A stretch of 64,000 nucleotides of DNA from an uncultured Gammaproteobacteria bacterium. Lineage in GTDB: Bacteria; Pseudomonadota; Gammaproteobacteria; Steroidobacterales; Woeseiaceae. This document shows positions 1 through 9,242 of this stretch, in pieces (positions within the stretch are counted from its first letter, which is position 1; each line of letters begins with the position of its first letter). Where the stretch lies: positions 4,280-68,279 of the forward strand of contig CALBPI010000069.1 of the NCBI GenBank assembly GCA_937899415.1. Reading direction: 5' to 3'. The position numbers and the translations under genes are program-made. The notes beneath the pieces are model-generated. The model saw only the letters and a list, made by a program, of their open reading frames with translations, did not search any database and was not told where the DNA came from.

Positions 1-39
1 GACTCGGGCAGGTCTCTGAGGGCTGTTATCTTACCGCCA

Positions 40-1143
40 ATGCACCCCGCGAATGTGACACAAGCGCGCCCTGCGAGACTGCTCGCCGCGCTGGCCGTGC
101 TGCTCACAGCAGGCATGATTGCCGCGACGGCAACGGCGCATCCCGAAGACGAATTCTGTATCCCGGGCGACGGTGGTATGGACCCGCTGCTGTGCGAGCA
201 GCTTGCCGCCATGGATCGCGCCAGCGACAACTCGGTGCGCGAGATTCAGCCACTGCTCGACGAAACAGGCCAGCCGCGCAGCGCGATGGCGACCTTTGCG
301 CTTTACGTGCAAATCGGCGTCGACCACATCCTGCCGGGCGGGCTCGATCACATCCTGTTCGTGATGGCGCTCGTGCTGACCTCGACGCGACTGAGGCCAC
401 TCATCATCCAGGTCACGACGTTCACGCTCGCGCACACGGTCACGCTCGGTCTGGCGGGTGCCGGCGTCATAACGCCACCCGCGGGCATCGTGGAGCCGCT
501 GATCGCTGCCAGCATTGCCGTCGTAGCGATCGAAAATGTGTGGGTTCGTGACATGCCCAAATGGCGACCCGTTGTCGTGTTCGGGTTCGGGCTGCTGCAC
601 GGGCTCGGTTTCGCTGGCTTCTTCGGCGAGCTCGGCCTGCCGCCCGGGCAATTCTGGAGCGCCCTGATCGGCTTCAACGTGGGTGTGGAAATCGGGCAGC
701 TGGCCGTCGTACTCGCGACGCTTGCCGTTTTGGTGATGGCCCAGCACACCATCGGCACGGCAGACGAAGCGGGTACCACGACCTACAGACGCTGGGTGGT
801 CACCCCGGCCTCACTGCTCATCGCGAGTGTCGGTTTTTGGTGGGCCATCGAGCGCGCGTTCATGGGCTGCACGCGCGCTCGACGATGTCTAACAGTAGCG
901 AGCCTAGTCGCCGCCCGCGCCCGGATCGACGCCCCGGCCAATCAGCAGCGGTTCGATGCTCGGATCGGCGCCGCGGAAGTTACGGTAAAGCTCGTCGGCC
1001 TCGCGCAGGCCACCTGCCTCGTACACCCAAGTGCGAAGTCGGTCTGCCACTTCAGGATCGAAGATGTCTTCGGCTTCCTTGAAAGCGTTGAAACCATCGG
1101 CGTCAAGAATCTCGGACCAGAGGTACGCGTAGTAACCGGCTGA
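40..1143 (+). CDS. HupE/UreJ-family metal (Ni/Co/Zn) transporter membrane protein
   Basis: The signal peptide ends ...ATATA|HPED, which leaves an N-terminal His on the mature protein, as is usual for HupE/UreJ. Family-like motifs are GVDHILPGGLDHILFVMALVL, FTLAHTVTL and LLHGLGFAG, with multiple TM helices. The last ~90 aa (from ~nt 865) look non-homologous and run antisense into the 3' end of dcp, so the true stop may lie near 890-905. Confidence 0.7.
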   Translation: MHPANVTQARPARLLAALAVLLTAGMIAATATAHPEDEFCIPGDGGMDPLLCEQLAAMDRASDNSVREIQPLLDETGQPRSAMATFALYVQIGVDHILPGGLDHILFVMALVLTSTRLRPLIIQVTTFTLAHTVTLGLAGAGVITPPAGIVEPLIAASIAVVAIENVWVRDMPKWRPVVVFGFGLLHGLGFAGFFGELGLPPGQFWSALIGFNVGVEIGQLAVVLATLAVLVMAQHTIGTADEAGTTTYRRWVVTPASLLIASVGFWWAIERAFMGCTRARRCLTVASLVAARARIDAPANQQRFDARIGAAEVTVKLVGLAQATCLVHPSAKSVCHFRIEDVFGFLESVETIGVKNLGPEVRVVTG

Positions 1144-3078
1144 GTAGCCACCCGCGAAGATGTGGCTGAAGTACTGCGAACGGTAGCGGGGCTCGATCTC
1201 GTCAATGAGGCCGTACTCCGCCAGCACGCGGTCTTCGAATGCCGCGGCATCCGTGATCGCGGCAGCTTCTTCAGCTGTCAGCATGTGCCAGCGCAAATCG
1301 AGCAGGGCGGCAGCGATGAACTCCGTCGTGCTGAAGCCCTGGTTGTGATTCGCAGCAGCTTTCATGCGTTGCACGAGTTCTTCGGGAATCACTTCGCCCG
1401 TCTCATAGTGCCGCGCATAGAGCTCCAACATCAGCGGCTCGGAAGCCCAGTGCTCGAGAATCTGCGCGGGAAACTCCGTGTAGTCACGCGGGCCATCGAC
1501 ACCCGAGAAGGTGGGGTAGTCGATCGTGGTCATGATGCCGTGCAGACCGTGGCCAAACTCGTGAAACACCGTGGCCACTTCATCGAAACTCAGCAGTGCC
1601 GGCTCGCCTTCGGGCGGTGTCGTCAGATTGAGGTTATTGGTGACGATCGGTCGAATCGTGTCACCCTCGATGTTGGAGGCCGCACGGAAGCTGTTCATCC
1701 AGGCACCGCCGCGCTTGGAGTCACGCGCGAACATGTCAAACATGAAGACGCCGAGATGCGAGCCATCGGCGTCACGCACTTCGTAGGCTTCCACCACATC
1801 GTTCCAGACCGGTGCGTCGAGTTCGGTAAACGTGATGCCGAACAAACGCTCGGCCATCTCGAAGGACCCACCGAGAACCGCGCTGAGCTCGAAGTAGGGC
1901 TTGAGTGCAGTTTCGTCGATGTCGAAGCGTTCTTTGCGAATCTTCTCGGAGTAGTGCCACCAATCGTGACCCGCGAATTCAAACGCGTCGCCGATCATTT
2001 CCTGCATGTCGGCACGTTCCTGCTTGGCCTGCTCGAGGCCAGGCTTCCAGACACGAAGCAAGAAGTCCTCGGCGCCCTTCGGCGTGCGCGCCATGTTGTA
2101 CTCGAGGATGTAGTCGGCATGTGTCTTGTAACCCAGCAGCGAAGCGCGCTTGGCACGCAGCTGCGCGATTTTGATCGCCAACGGGCCGTTGTCGCCCTCG
2201 CCCTCGCTCGCGCGCAGACGATAGCCGTTAAAGGCCTGCTCACGCAGCTCGCGATTCTCGGACTGCGTCATGAATGCTTCGTAGACTGAACGGTCGAGCG
2301 TCACGACCCAGGCCTGCGCGTCTTCATCCCAAATGCTCGCCTTGAAGGCGTCAGAAAGCCCGGCCGTGTCCGCCTCGTCGGCGATTTCCAGCTTGAAGGC
2401 TTTCGTGGCCGTCAGCAGATTCTGGCCGAACTGCGTGGTCAGACCCGAGATTTCTTCGTTGATGGCCGCCACCTGCGCCTTGGTGTCGGCATCCAGTGCT
2501 GCGCCCGAGCGAACGAAACCGCGGTGCATGAGTTCCAGCAAGCGGGCGTCCTGCTCGTTGAGACCCAACGTGTCGCGGGCCTCGTAGACCGTGTTGACGC
2601 GTTGCCAAAGCTCATCGCTCAGCGAGATCTTGTCGGACTCTCGCGTCCACATCGGGTAGATCTCGCTTTGAAGCGCACGCTTCTTCTCATTGAGTTCGGT
2701 CGACGCCAGCGGGCCGAATGTCAGGCCCACCTTGACGGCCAGGTCACCGACTTGCTCAAGCGCGAGAATGGTGTTCTCGAAGGTTGGCGGCTCCGGGTTG
2801 TTGATGATGGCCGCAACCTCGTCACGCTGCTCAAGCATGCCTTTCTTGAAGGCGGGCAGAAAATCGTCGTCAGAAATCTGGTCGAACGGCGGCACTCCGA
2901 ACGGCGTATCCCACTCCTCGAGGAAGGGATTACCCGCGAGCTCCGCTTCAGTGACGGTGATGTCATCGGCGGCGGCTGTAGCCTGCTCGGTCTCGGCCGC
3001 TGCGGGCGTTTCAGGGTCCCCGCCGCAGCCGGCAACGAGCGCGCCAGCGAGCACAATCCAGGGTAATTTCGAAGTCAT
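904..3078 (-). CDS. dcp: M3-family peptidyl-dipeptidase (dipeptidyl carboxypeptidase Dcp), lipoprotein
   Basis: It has the HEFGH zinc motif (TVFHEFGHGLHG) and resembles E. coli Dcp along its length (NPFLEEWDTPFGVPPFDQI, KPYFEL, FARDSKRGGAWM, YFSHIFAGGYSAGYYAYLW). I chose the internal start MTSKLPWIVLAGALVAGCGG (lipobox) at 3078, which is preceded by AAGGAG. The track ORF extends to 3126. Confidence 0.9.
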   Translation of the reverse strand: MTSKLPWIVLAGALVAGCGGDPETPAAAETEQATAAADDITVTEAELAGNPFLEEWDTPFGVPPFDQISDDDFLPAFKKGMLEQRDEVAAIINNPEPPTFENTILALEQVGDLAVKVGLTFGPLASTELNEKKRALQSEIYPMWTRESDKISLSDELWQRVNTVYEARDTLGLNEQDARLLELMHRGFVRSGAALDADTKAQVAAINEEISGLTTQFGQNLLTATKAFKLEIADEADTAGLSDAFKASIWDEDAQAWVVTLDRSVYEAFMTQSENRELREQAFNGYRLRASEGEGDNGPLAIKIAQLRAKRASLLGYKTHADYILEYNMARTPKGAEDFLLRVWKPGLEQAKQERADMQEMIGDAFEFAGHDWWHYSEKIRKERFDIDETALKPYFELSAVLGGSFEMAERLFGITFTELDAPVWNDVVEAYEVRDADGSHLGVFMFDMFARDSKRGGAWMNSFRAASNIEGDTIRPIVTNNLNLTTPPEGEPALLSFDEVATVFHEFGHGLHGIMTTIDYPTFSGVDGPRDYTEFPAQILEHWASEPLMLELYARHYETGEVIPEELVQRMKAAANHNQGFSTTEFIAAALLDLRWHMLTAEEAAAITDAAAFEDRVLAEYGLIDEIEPRYRSQYFSHIFAGGYSAGYYAYLWSEILDADGFNAFKEAEDIFDPEVADRLRTWVYEAGGLREADELYRNFRGADPSIEPLLIGRGVDPGAGGD

Positions 3079-3217
3079 GATGCGGCTCCTTGGGAGCGTA
3101 GGTCGTAAAACCGTGAAGCTTGGCATAAAGCGGGCGCAAAGTGTTCAAAGGTCCACCCGCCGTCCCCTGCGTTCGACAAGCCGGTTGCCGACGGGTTCGG
3201 GGTGCATTGTAAGGCTT

Positions 3218-3235
3218 GTAATGTTATAACGTTGC
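3218..3235. promoter_or_regulatory. Putative Zur box (AT-rich palindrome GTAATGTTATAACGTTGC)
   Basis: This is a near-perfect inverted repeat, AATGTTA/TAACGTT, and an AT-rich island in GC-rich DNA. It lies ~28 nt upstream of the COG0523 GTPase start, in the divergent dcp/COG0523 intergenic region. It shares the core ATGTTATAAC with the site at 52478-52493. Confidence 0.65.
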
Positions 3236-3262
3236 ACCAACGCTGTCACAGGTTCACCCACT

Positions 3263-4480
3263 GTGAATACGCCCCTCCCGGTTACCGTCTTGTCGGGCTT
3301 CCTTGGCGCCGGCAAGACAACGCTGCTGAACAACGTCCTCAATAACCGCGAAGGCCTGCGAGTTGCAGTCATCGTCAATGACATGGGCGAGGTCAACATA
3401 GACGCTGCACTCGTGCGCGACGACCTGTCGCTGCAGCACGTTGACGAGAAGCTCGTCGAAATGACCAACGGCTGCATTTGCTGCACGTTGCGCGAGGACC
3501 TGCTTATCGAGGTCTCGAAGCTGGCCAGCGAGGGCCGCTTCGACCACCTGCTCATAGAGTCCACGGGCGTCTCGGAGCCCATGCCCGTGGCCGAGACCTT
3601 CACGTTTGAAGACGAACATGGCCGCTCGCTGTCGGACGTCGCGCGGCTCGATACGCTGGTGACCGTCGTCGACGCCGTGAACTTTCCGAACATGCTGCGC
3701 GAAGCCGAGTCGCTCAAGGCCAAGGGCATGGAGATCGGCCCCGAGGACGAGCGCAGTGTCGCCGACCTGCTGATCGACCAGGTCGAGTTCGCGAACGTCA
3801 TCATCGTCAGCAAGACGGACATGCTCGAGCCCGCCGAAGCCGACGCGGTCATTGCAACCGTGCAACGCCTCAACCCGGGCGCTCAGATCATCGCGGCGAG
3901 CCACTGCAACGTCCCGCCCGAAGCCATCCTGGGCACAGGCCAGTTCGACCTCGAGGCCGCCGCCAACGCGCCCGGCTGGCTGGCCGAGCTGCGCGGCGAG
4001 CACGTTCCCGAAACCGAGGAGTACGGCATCGGCAGCTTCGTCTACCGCGCGCGTCGGCCGTTTCACCCGGAGCGGCTCTACAACTTCCTCGTCAAGGGCT
4101 GGCGCCACGGCAACCTGATCCGCTCCAAGGGCTACTTCTGGCTCGCGAGCCGCTTCGACCAGGCCGGTTCCTGGTCGCAGGCCGGCGGCATCATGCACCA
4201 CGGCTACGCGGGCCTGTTCTGGTCGGCTGTGAAGCCCGAACTCTGGCCGCCCGATGCTGATCACCGCCGCGAGATCATGAGCCATGTCGAGCCGCCCTAC
4301 GGCGACCGGCGCCAGGAGATCGTCTTTATCGGCCAGAACATGGACGCCGCGGAAGCGACGGCGGCGCTCGACGCCTGCCTGCTCACCGATGCCGAGCTGG
4401 CCGCGGGCCAGGCCGCCTGGTCGCAGTACACCGATCCGTTTCCGGCCTGGGCGCCCGTCATCGAGGAGGCACTGGCCTGA
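3263..4480 (+). CDS. COG0523-family GTPase (CobW/ZigA/YeiR-like zinc metallochaperone)
   Basis: It has the P-loop GFLGAGKTTLLN, the metal-binding GCICCTL (CxCC) motif and a CobW C-terminal-like region. The start is GTG. A Zur-like palindrome lies immediately upstream. Confidence 0.9.
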   Translation: MNTPLPVTVLSGFLGAGKTTLLNNVLNNREGLRVAVIVNDMGEVNIDAALVRDDLSLQHVDEKLVEMTNGCICCTLREDLLIEVSKLASEGRFDHLLIESTGVSEPMPVAETFTFEDEHGRSLSDVARLDTLVTVVDAVNFPNMLREAESLKAKGMEIGPEDERSVADLLIDQVEFANVIIVSKTDMLEPAEADAVIATVQRLNPGAQIIAASHCNVPPEAILGTGQFDLEAAANAPGWLAELRGEHVPETEEYGIGSFVYRARRPFHPERLYNFLVKGWRHGNLIRSKGYFWLASRFDQAGSWSQAGGIMHHGYAGLFWSAVKPELWPPDADHRREIMSHVEPPYGDRRQEIVFIGQNMDAAEATAALDACLLTDAELAAGQAAWSQYTDPFPAWAPVIEEALA

Positions 4481-5097
4481 TGCGCGCGGTGACGAGCACC
4501 AACCTCGCAGACTTCGCGGGCATCTACGACGCTGACGTCGAGCTGGTCAGCGTTACACCCAAAAACGGGCCACGGATGAGCGACGTCGCTGATCTGTCCC
4601 GTCGCGCCATCAAGGCGCGCTGGTCACAGACACCCGGCGACCGCGCCGTCACGGAAGAACAGGTCCACCGCGCCGTCGAGTCCGAGGCATCCGCATGCCT
4701 CGTTGACGAAATCGACTCGGCCACACAGTTAATGGCCGATCTCCTGGGCTGCACAGGCGCCGGTATCCGCGTGGCGACACTCAACGGCCCCATGTGCCCC
4801 AGGTTTCACGTCGACTACGTGCCCTGCCGGATGATTATGACGCTCATGGGGCCGGGGACCGAGTGGATCGCACACGACGAGGTCGACCGCGTTGCCTTTG
4901 AGGGCCGCACAAACGAGACGATCCCGGTCGTCGAGGGTAAGGAGGTCCGCCACCTCAAGGCGGGCTCCTGGACGCTGATGAAGGGCGGCACCTGGGCCGA
5001 CGACCTGTTCCACGGGGTCGTGCACCGCTCGCCGCATTACGCGGGCGACCGCCTGCTCGTCTCCATCGACCCCATGTTTTCGAAGGCTGACGCTTAA
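4480..5097 (+). CDS. DUF1826 domain protein (frequent COG0523 partner)
   Basis: Its start overlaps the COG0523 stop (TGATG). The motif CPRFHVDYVPCRMIMTLMGPGTEW matches my recollection of DUF1826. The family call is from memory only. Confidence 0.65.
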   Translation: MRAVTSTNLADFAGIYDADVELVSVTPKNGPRMSDVADLSRRAIKARWSQTPGDRAVTEEQVHRAVESEASACLVDEIDSATQLMADLLGCTGAGIRVATLNGPMCPRFHVDYVPCRMIMTLMGPGTEWIAHDEVDRVAFEGRTNETIPVVEGKEVRHLKAGSWTLMKGGTWADDLFHGVVHRSPHYAGDRLLVSIDPMFSKADA

Positions 5098-5175
5098 AGC
5101 AGCCCCGGCGCGTGCTGACGTACGGCCCGCTCATGCGCTATCTTCTGCGGCCGCCCCCACCACGGCAGCACCATC

Positions 5176-7617
5176 GTGACCAAAAGAATCCTCCTGCTTG
5201 TCGCATTGACGTTTAACTGCGCCTACGCCGGCGTTGTGCAAACCAAAGGCGACTTCGTCGACAAATTCCGCCAGCTTGATGAGGTTCTGCCGACCGCCAA
5301 TTCGTACCGCACGGCAGGCGGCGAACCCGGTCACCGCTACTGGCAGCAGAAGGTCAACTACGACATCGACGTCACGCTCGATGAGGCGGGGCGACGCCTT
5401 ACGGCCAGCCAGACCATCGCCTACACCAACAACAGTCCCGATACGCTGCGCTTTCTCTGGCTGCAGCTCGACCAGAACCGATTCCGCCGAGACTCGCTGG
5501 CCGAACGTTCTGGCGCGTTTGCCGACCCGAGCCGACGCGGCCCGGCGGTTAAGGCAGAAGCCGGTGAGCCGCCGCAGCTAAGCCTCGGCGAGCTGCGCCG
5601 ACAGCAGGCCATGGCCGACACCGATTTCGGCTACACGATCAGCAACGTCAAAACCTCGGGCGGCCGCGACCTCGCCTACACGATCGTCGGCACGCTCATG
5701 CGTATCGATCTCGCGGCGCCGCTGGCACCGGGTCGCTCCACGACCTTTAGCCTCGATTTCGAGTTCGATATCGTCGAAGAGAACGCAGTCCCGGCGCGCG
5801 CGGGCTACGAGCACTTCCCCGACGACGCGCGCGAGGGTGGCAACGACATCTTCCTGCTCGCGCAGTGGTTCCCGCGTTTGGCCGCCTACACCGACTACGA
5901 AGGCTGGACCAACAAGGAATTCCTGGGCCGCGGCGAATTCACGCTGGAGTTCGGCGATTACACGGTCGACATCACAGTGCCCGCCGACCACATCGTCTCG
6001 TCGACGGGTGAGCTGCAGAACCCGGCCCGCGTGCTCACGGCAACACAACGAGAGCGCCTCGAGCAGGCCAAGACAGCGGACGCCCCGGTATTTATCGTGA
6101 CGGCCGAGGAAGCACTCGAGAACGAAGCTGACGGCACGACAGACACCAAAACCTGGCGCTTCTCGGCGCGCAACGTGCGCGACTTCGCCTGGGCCTCCTC
6201 ACGCAAGTTCATCTGGGACGCGCAGGGCTACGAGCAGGGCGGCACCGTACAGCCGCTGGTCATGGCCATGAGCTTCTACCCCAAGGAAGGCGAGCCGATG
6301 TGGTCGAACTACTCGACGGCTTCCGTGATTCACACCATGGAGGTGTACTCGCGCTACTCGTTCGACTACCCCTACCCGACGGCGCAGTCCGTCAACGGCC
6401 CCGTGGGCGGCATGGAATACCCCATGATCACGTTCAACGGCCCGCGCACGGACCTGCAGGACGACGGCACGCGCACCTACAGCCTGGCGGAGAAGCGCTA
6501 CCTCGTGGGTGTCATCATCCACGAAATCGGGCACATCTATTTCCCGATGACCGTGAACTCCGACGAGCGCCAGTGGACCTGGATGGACGAAGGCCTGAAC
6601 AGCTTCCTCGACGCGCTGGCCGGTCGCGAGTGGGACCCCGACATTCCCTGGAAGGTGGAGCCGCACGACATCGTCGACTATATGCGCTCCGATTTTCAGG
6701 TGCCGATCATGACGCAGTCCGACAGCGTGCTGCAGCTCGGCCCCAACGCTTACGCGAAACCAGCCGTCGCGCTCACGATCCTGCGCGAGACGATCCTCGG
6801 CCGCGAGCTCTTCGACTTCGCGTTCAAGGAGTACTCCCGTCGCTGGCGCTTCCGCCGCCCGACGCCTGCTGATTTCTTCCGCACCATGGAAGAGGCTTCT
6901 GGCGTCGACCTCGACTGGTTCTGGCGCGGCTGGTTCTACACGACGGACCACGTCGATATCTCGCTCGACCGGATCTGGAAGCTGCGGCTCGACACCAAGG
7001 ACCCGGATATCGACTTCGACCGTCGTCGCCAGGAAAACGCCGACAAGCCCGAGTCGCTGACCGTGCAACGCGACCGCGAAGGCGGGCTGCGCACCTGGGT
7101 CGAGCGCAACCCCGGCCTGGATGACTTCTACGACGAGAACGACGAGTACACGGTTACCAACAAAGAGCGTAACGAGTACCAGCAGTTCCTGTACGGCCTT
7201 GAGGACTGGGAGCGCGTGACACTCGAGCGCGCCGTCGAGGAAGACAGCAACTACTACGTGCTTGAGTTCTCAAACCTGGGCGGGCTCGTCATGCCGATCC
7301 TGCTCGAGCTCGAGTTCGAAGACGGCAGCAAGCAGCGCTACGACATCCCGGCCGAGATCTGGCGCCGTAACGCAATGCAGGTCAAGAAGCTGCTCGTGTT
7401 CGAGAAAGCACTCGTCAGTGTCGTGGTCGACCCGCAGTGGGAAACAGCCGATGTCGACGTGGAGAACAACCACTACCCGCGGCGCATGGTGCCCTCGCGA
7501 ATCGAGATGTTCAAATCACCGCCGCGTGAAGGCTTCGAGTACCGCGACATCATGCAGGACAGCAAGACCGAGCTTGAGCCCGTCTGCGAATCGGGCAACG
7601 AGTGCGACGACGAGTGA
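5176..7617 (+). CDS. M1-family (gluzincin) metallopeptidase, secreted
   Basis: It has an N-terminal signal peptide (MTKRILLLVALTFNCAYA) and the motif HEIGHIYFPMTVNSDERQWTWMDEG, which is HExxH followed 18 residues later by E. The start is GTG. Confidence 0.85.
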   Translation: MTKRILLLVALTFNCAYAGVVQTKGDFVDKFRQLDEVLPTANSYRTAGGEPGHRYWQQKVNYDIDVTLDEAGRRLTASQTIAYTNNSPDTLRFLWLQLDQNRFRRDSLAERSGAFADPSRRGPAVKAEAGEPPQLSLGELRRQQAMADTDFGYTISNVKTSGGRDLAYTIVGTLMRIDLAAPLAPGRSTTFSLDFEFDIVEENAVPARAGYEHFPDDAREGGNDIFLLAQWFPRLAAYTDYEGWTNKEFLGRGEFTLEFGDYTVDITVPADHIVSSTGELQNPARVLTATQRERLEQAKTADAPVFIVTAEEALENEADGTTDTKTWRFSARNVRDFAWASSRKFIWDAQGYEQGGTVQPLVMAMSFYPKEGEPMWSNYSTASVIHTMEVYSRYSFDYPYPTAQSVNGPVGGMEYPMITFNGPRTDLQDDGTRTYSLAEKRYLVGVIIHEIGHIYFPMTVNSDERQWTWMDEGLNSFLDALAGREWDPDIPWKVEPHDIVDYMRSDFQVPIMTQSDSVLQLGPNAYAKPAVALTILRETILGRELFDFAFKEYSRRWRFRRPTPADFFRTMEEASGVDLDWFWRGWFYTTDHVDISLDRIWKLRLDTKDPDIDFDRRRQENADKPESLTVQRDREGGLRTWVERNPGLDDFYDENDEYTVTNKERNEYQQFLYGLEDWERVTLERAVEEDSNYYVLEFSNLGGLVMPILLELEFEDGSKQRYDIPAEIWRRNAMQVKKLLVFEKALVSVVVDPQWETADVDVENNHYPRRMVPSRIEMFKSPPREGFEYRDIMQDSKTELEPVCESGNECDDE

Positions 7618-8123
7618 GCCATCACCGCCGCGCGGCAACCGCCGCGCTGGCGCTGCTTTTGGCCTGCAGTGCGGTTGCACACCAGGCGCGGGAAGCGGTC
7701 ACGCGCGTGTTGTTCAACAACCGCACGGGCAACATCGAGGTGATGCACCGCTTTCTTGTGCACGACGCCGAGCACGCCGTGCGCGACATCGTGGGCGCTG
7801 ATGCTGACATCCTGAGTTCAAAGGCCACGCGCGACCAATTTGCGGCCTACGTCAGCAAACGCTTCAAGATGCGGGACCAGGACGACAACTGGCTTGAGCT
7901 CACACCCGTCGGGCACGAGATCGAGGGACAATTTCTCTGGGTCTACGCCGAGACGCCGATACCCGAGAACCTCGAGGCGCTCGCGATGAGCCACAACGCA
8001 CTGCGCGACATCTGGCCGGACCAGGTCAACCTCGTGACCGTAGAGCGTGACGGCGAATCTCAGTCCGCCTTGTTTGCCGGCGGCACGCCTTCAGTAACGA
8101 TCGACTTCGACTCGGGGTCTTAG
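7602..8123 (+). CDS. Small secreted protein, DUF6702-like
   Basis: A signal peptide (AALALLLACSAVA) is followed by HQAREAVTRVLFNNRTGNIEVMHRFLVHDAEHAV. This resembles the DUF6702 pattern found next to M1 peptidases in Bacteroidetes. It overlaps the M1 gene stop. An alternative GTG start is at 7614. Confidence 0.55.
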   Translation: MRRRVSHHRRAATAALALLLACSAVAHQAREAVTRVLFNNRTGNIEVMHRFLVHDAEHAVRDIVGADADILSSKATRDQFAAYVSKRFKMRDQDDNWLELTPVGHEIEGQFLWVYAETPIPENLEALAMSHNALRDIWPDQVNLVTVERDGESQSALFAGGTPSVTIDFDSGS

Positions 8124-9226
8124 GGCCCCGCCTCGATGGTCATCACGAGCGGCAGGTGGTCCGACACACCGCGGCGACGCTCGAGATCGAAGCGCCGCAC
8201 CGTGCCGTCTTCATTGAGCTGATCGCGGTAGCCGTTCGCGAGGTAAACACCGCCCGTGCGGATGCGCCAGGATTCCTGCGCCGCGGGTGCCGGTGAGAAC
8301 AGCACCATGTCCAGAAACGACCAGCTCTTGCCGGTGCGCCAGTAGTTGGTGCCGATGCAGCCGTCGCAATCGACTTCGTGCGCCACGCGCCAGTAAGGCC
8401 GCACACGATCATCCATGATGCTGGTGTCGGTCATCTCACGGTTAGGCGTGTTGAAGTCGCCCGCGGCAAACACCACGTGGGCATCGGGCACATTGGCCCG
8501 CAGCTCGTTGAGATGGTCGTAAGCCAGCTCGCGCATCTCGATGGGATGGAACGGTGCCGGGAAGTGTACGGCAAAGCCTGTGAGCAGCCTGCCATCGGGT
8601 AACTCGAACGTGGCTTCGAGCACACCGCGCGTGTCATCCGCCCGGTCGGGGAACGCATCCATGTTGAACGGGTGCAACACGGGCATACCGCGAATCGGCA
8701 GCCGGGACAAGAACGCCACATCGATCCCGCGCAGGTCGCGCCCCTCGAGAAGCACGAGCTCGCGGTAACCCGCCGCGCCCAGGTAGTCGCGCGTCAGGCG
8801 CTTTAAGATGTTGACGTTCTCGACTTCCTGCAACGCGATGATGTCGGGCCCGCGCCCGTCGTTCACCTGCAGGATCGCCGCCGCCACCTGTTCAAGCTTG
8901 AATTCGAGCGCTTCATCGCTCCAGTCGAGCTCGAGGCATTCGCTGCGCCAACGGGGCACCTCGATGGGCTCGCAGAGTGCCTTGTGCGCCGCCGTCTGCT
9001 TCATCGCAACCGGCAGGTAGGCGTGGTCGTCCTTGCCCGGGTCGTCCGTATTGTCGAATAAGTTCTCGACGTTGAAGGTCATGATGGTGACCGTTGGCGC
9101 CTCCGCCGCGGTCGCCGGCTGCGTGCTATTGATGCCGCAGGCGTTCAACAACAACGCACACAAGAGTGGCGCGGCACGCCACAGGCGCGCGCCCGTTTGT
9201 ATTGCAGTTACCCGCCGTTCACCCAT
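8120..9226 (-). CDS. Endonuclease/exonuclease/phosphatase (EEP) family lipoprotein
   Basis: Motifs are TIMTFNVENLFD, PDIIALQEVEN, AAGDFNTP and GVSDHLPLVM. I chose the internal start MGERR...LLCALLLNACG (lipobox) at 9226, 16 nt after the upstream gene's stop. The track ORF extends to 9376. Confidence 0.8.
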   Translation of the reverse strand: MGERRVTAIQTGARLWRAAPLLCALLLNACGINSTQPATAAEAPTVTIMTFNVENLFDNTDDPGKDDHAYLPVAMKQTAAHKALCEPIEVPRWRSECLELDWSDEALEFKLEQVAAAILQVNDGRGPDIIALQEVENVNILKRLTRDYLGAAGYRELVLLEGRDLRGIDVAFLSRLPIRGMPVLHPFNMDAFPDRADDTRGVLEATFELPDGRLLTGFAVHFPAPFHPIEMRELAYDHLNELRANVPDAHVVFAAGDFNTPNREMTDTSIMDDRVRPYWRVAHEVDCDGCIGTNYWRTGKSWSFLDMVLFSPAPAAQESWRIRTGGVYLANGYRDQLNEDGTVRRFDLERRRGVSDHLPLVMTIEAGP

Positions 9227-9242
9227 ACGCCTCACCTGCTGT

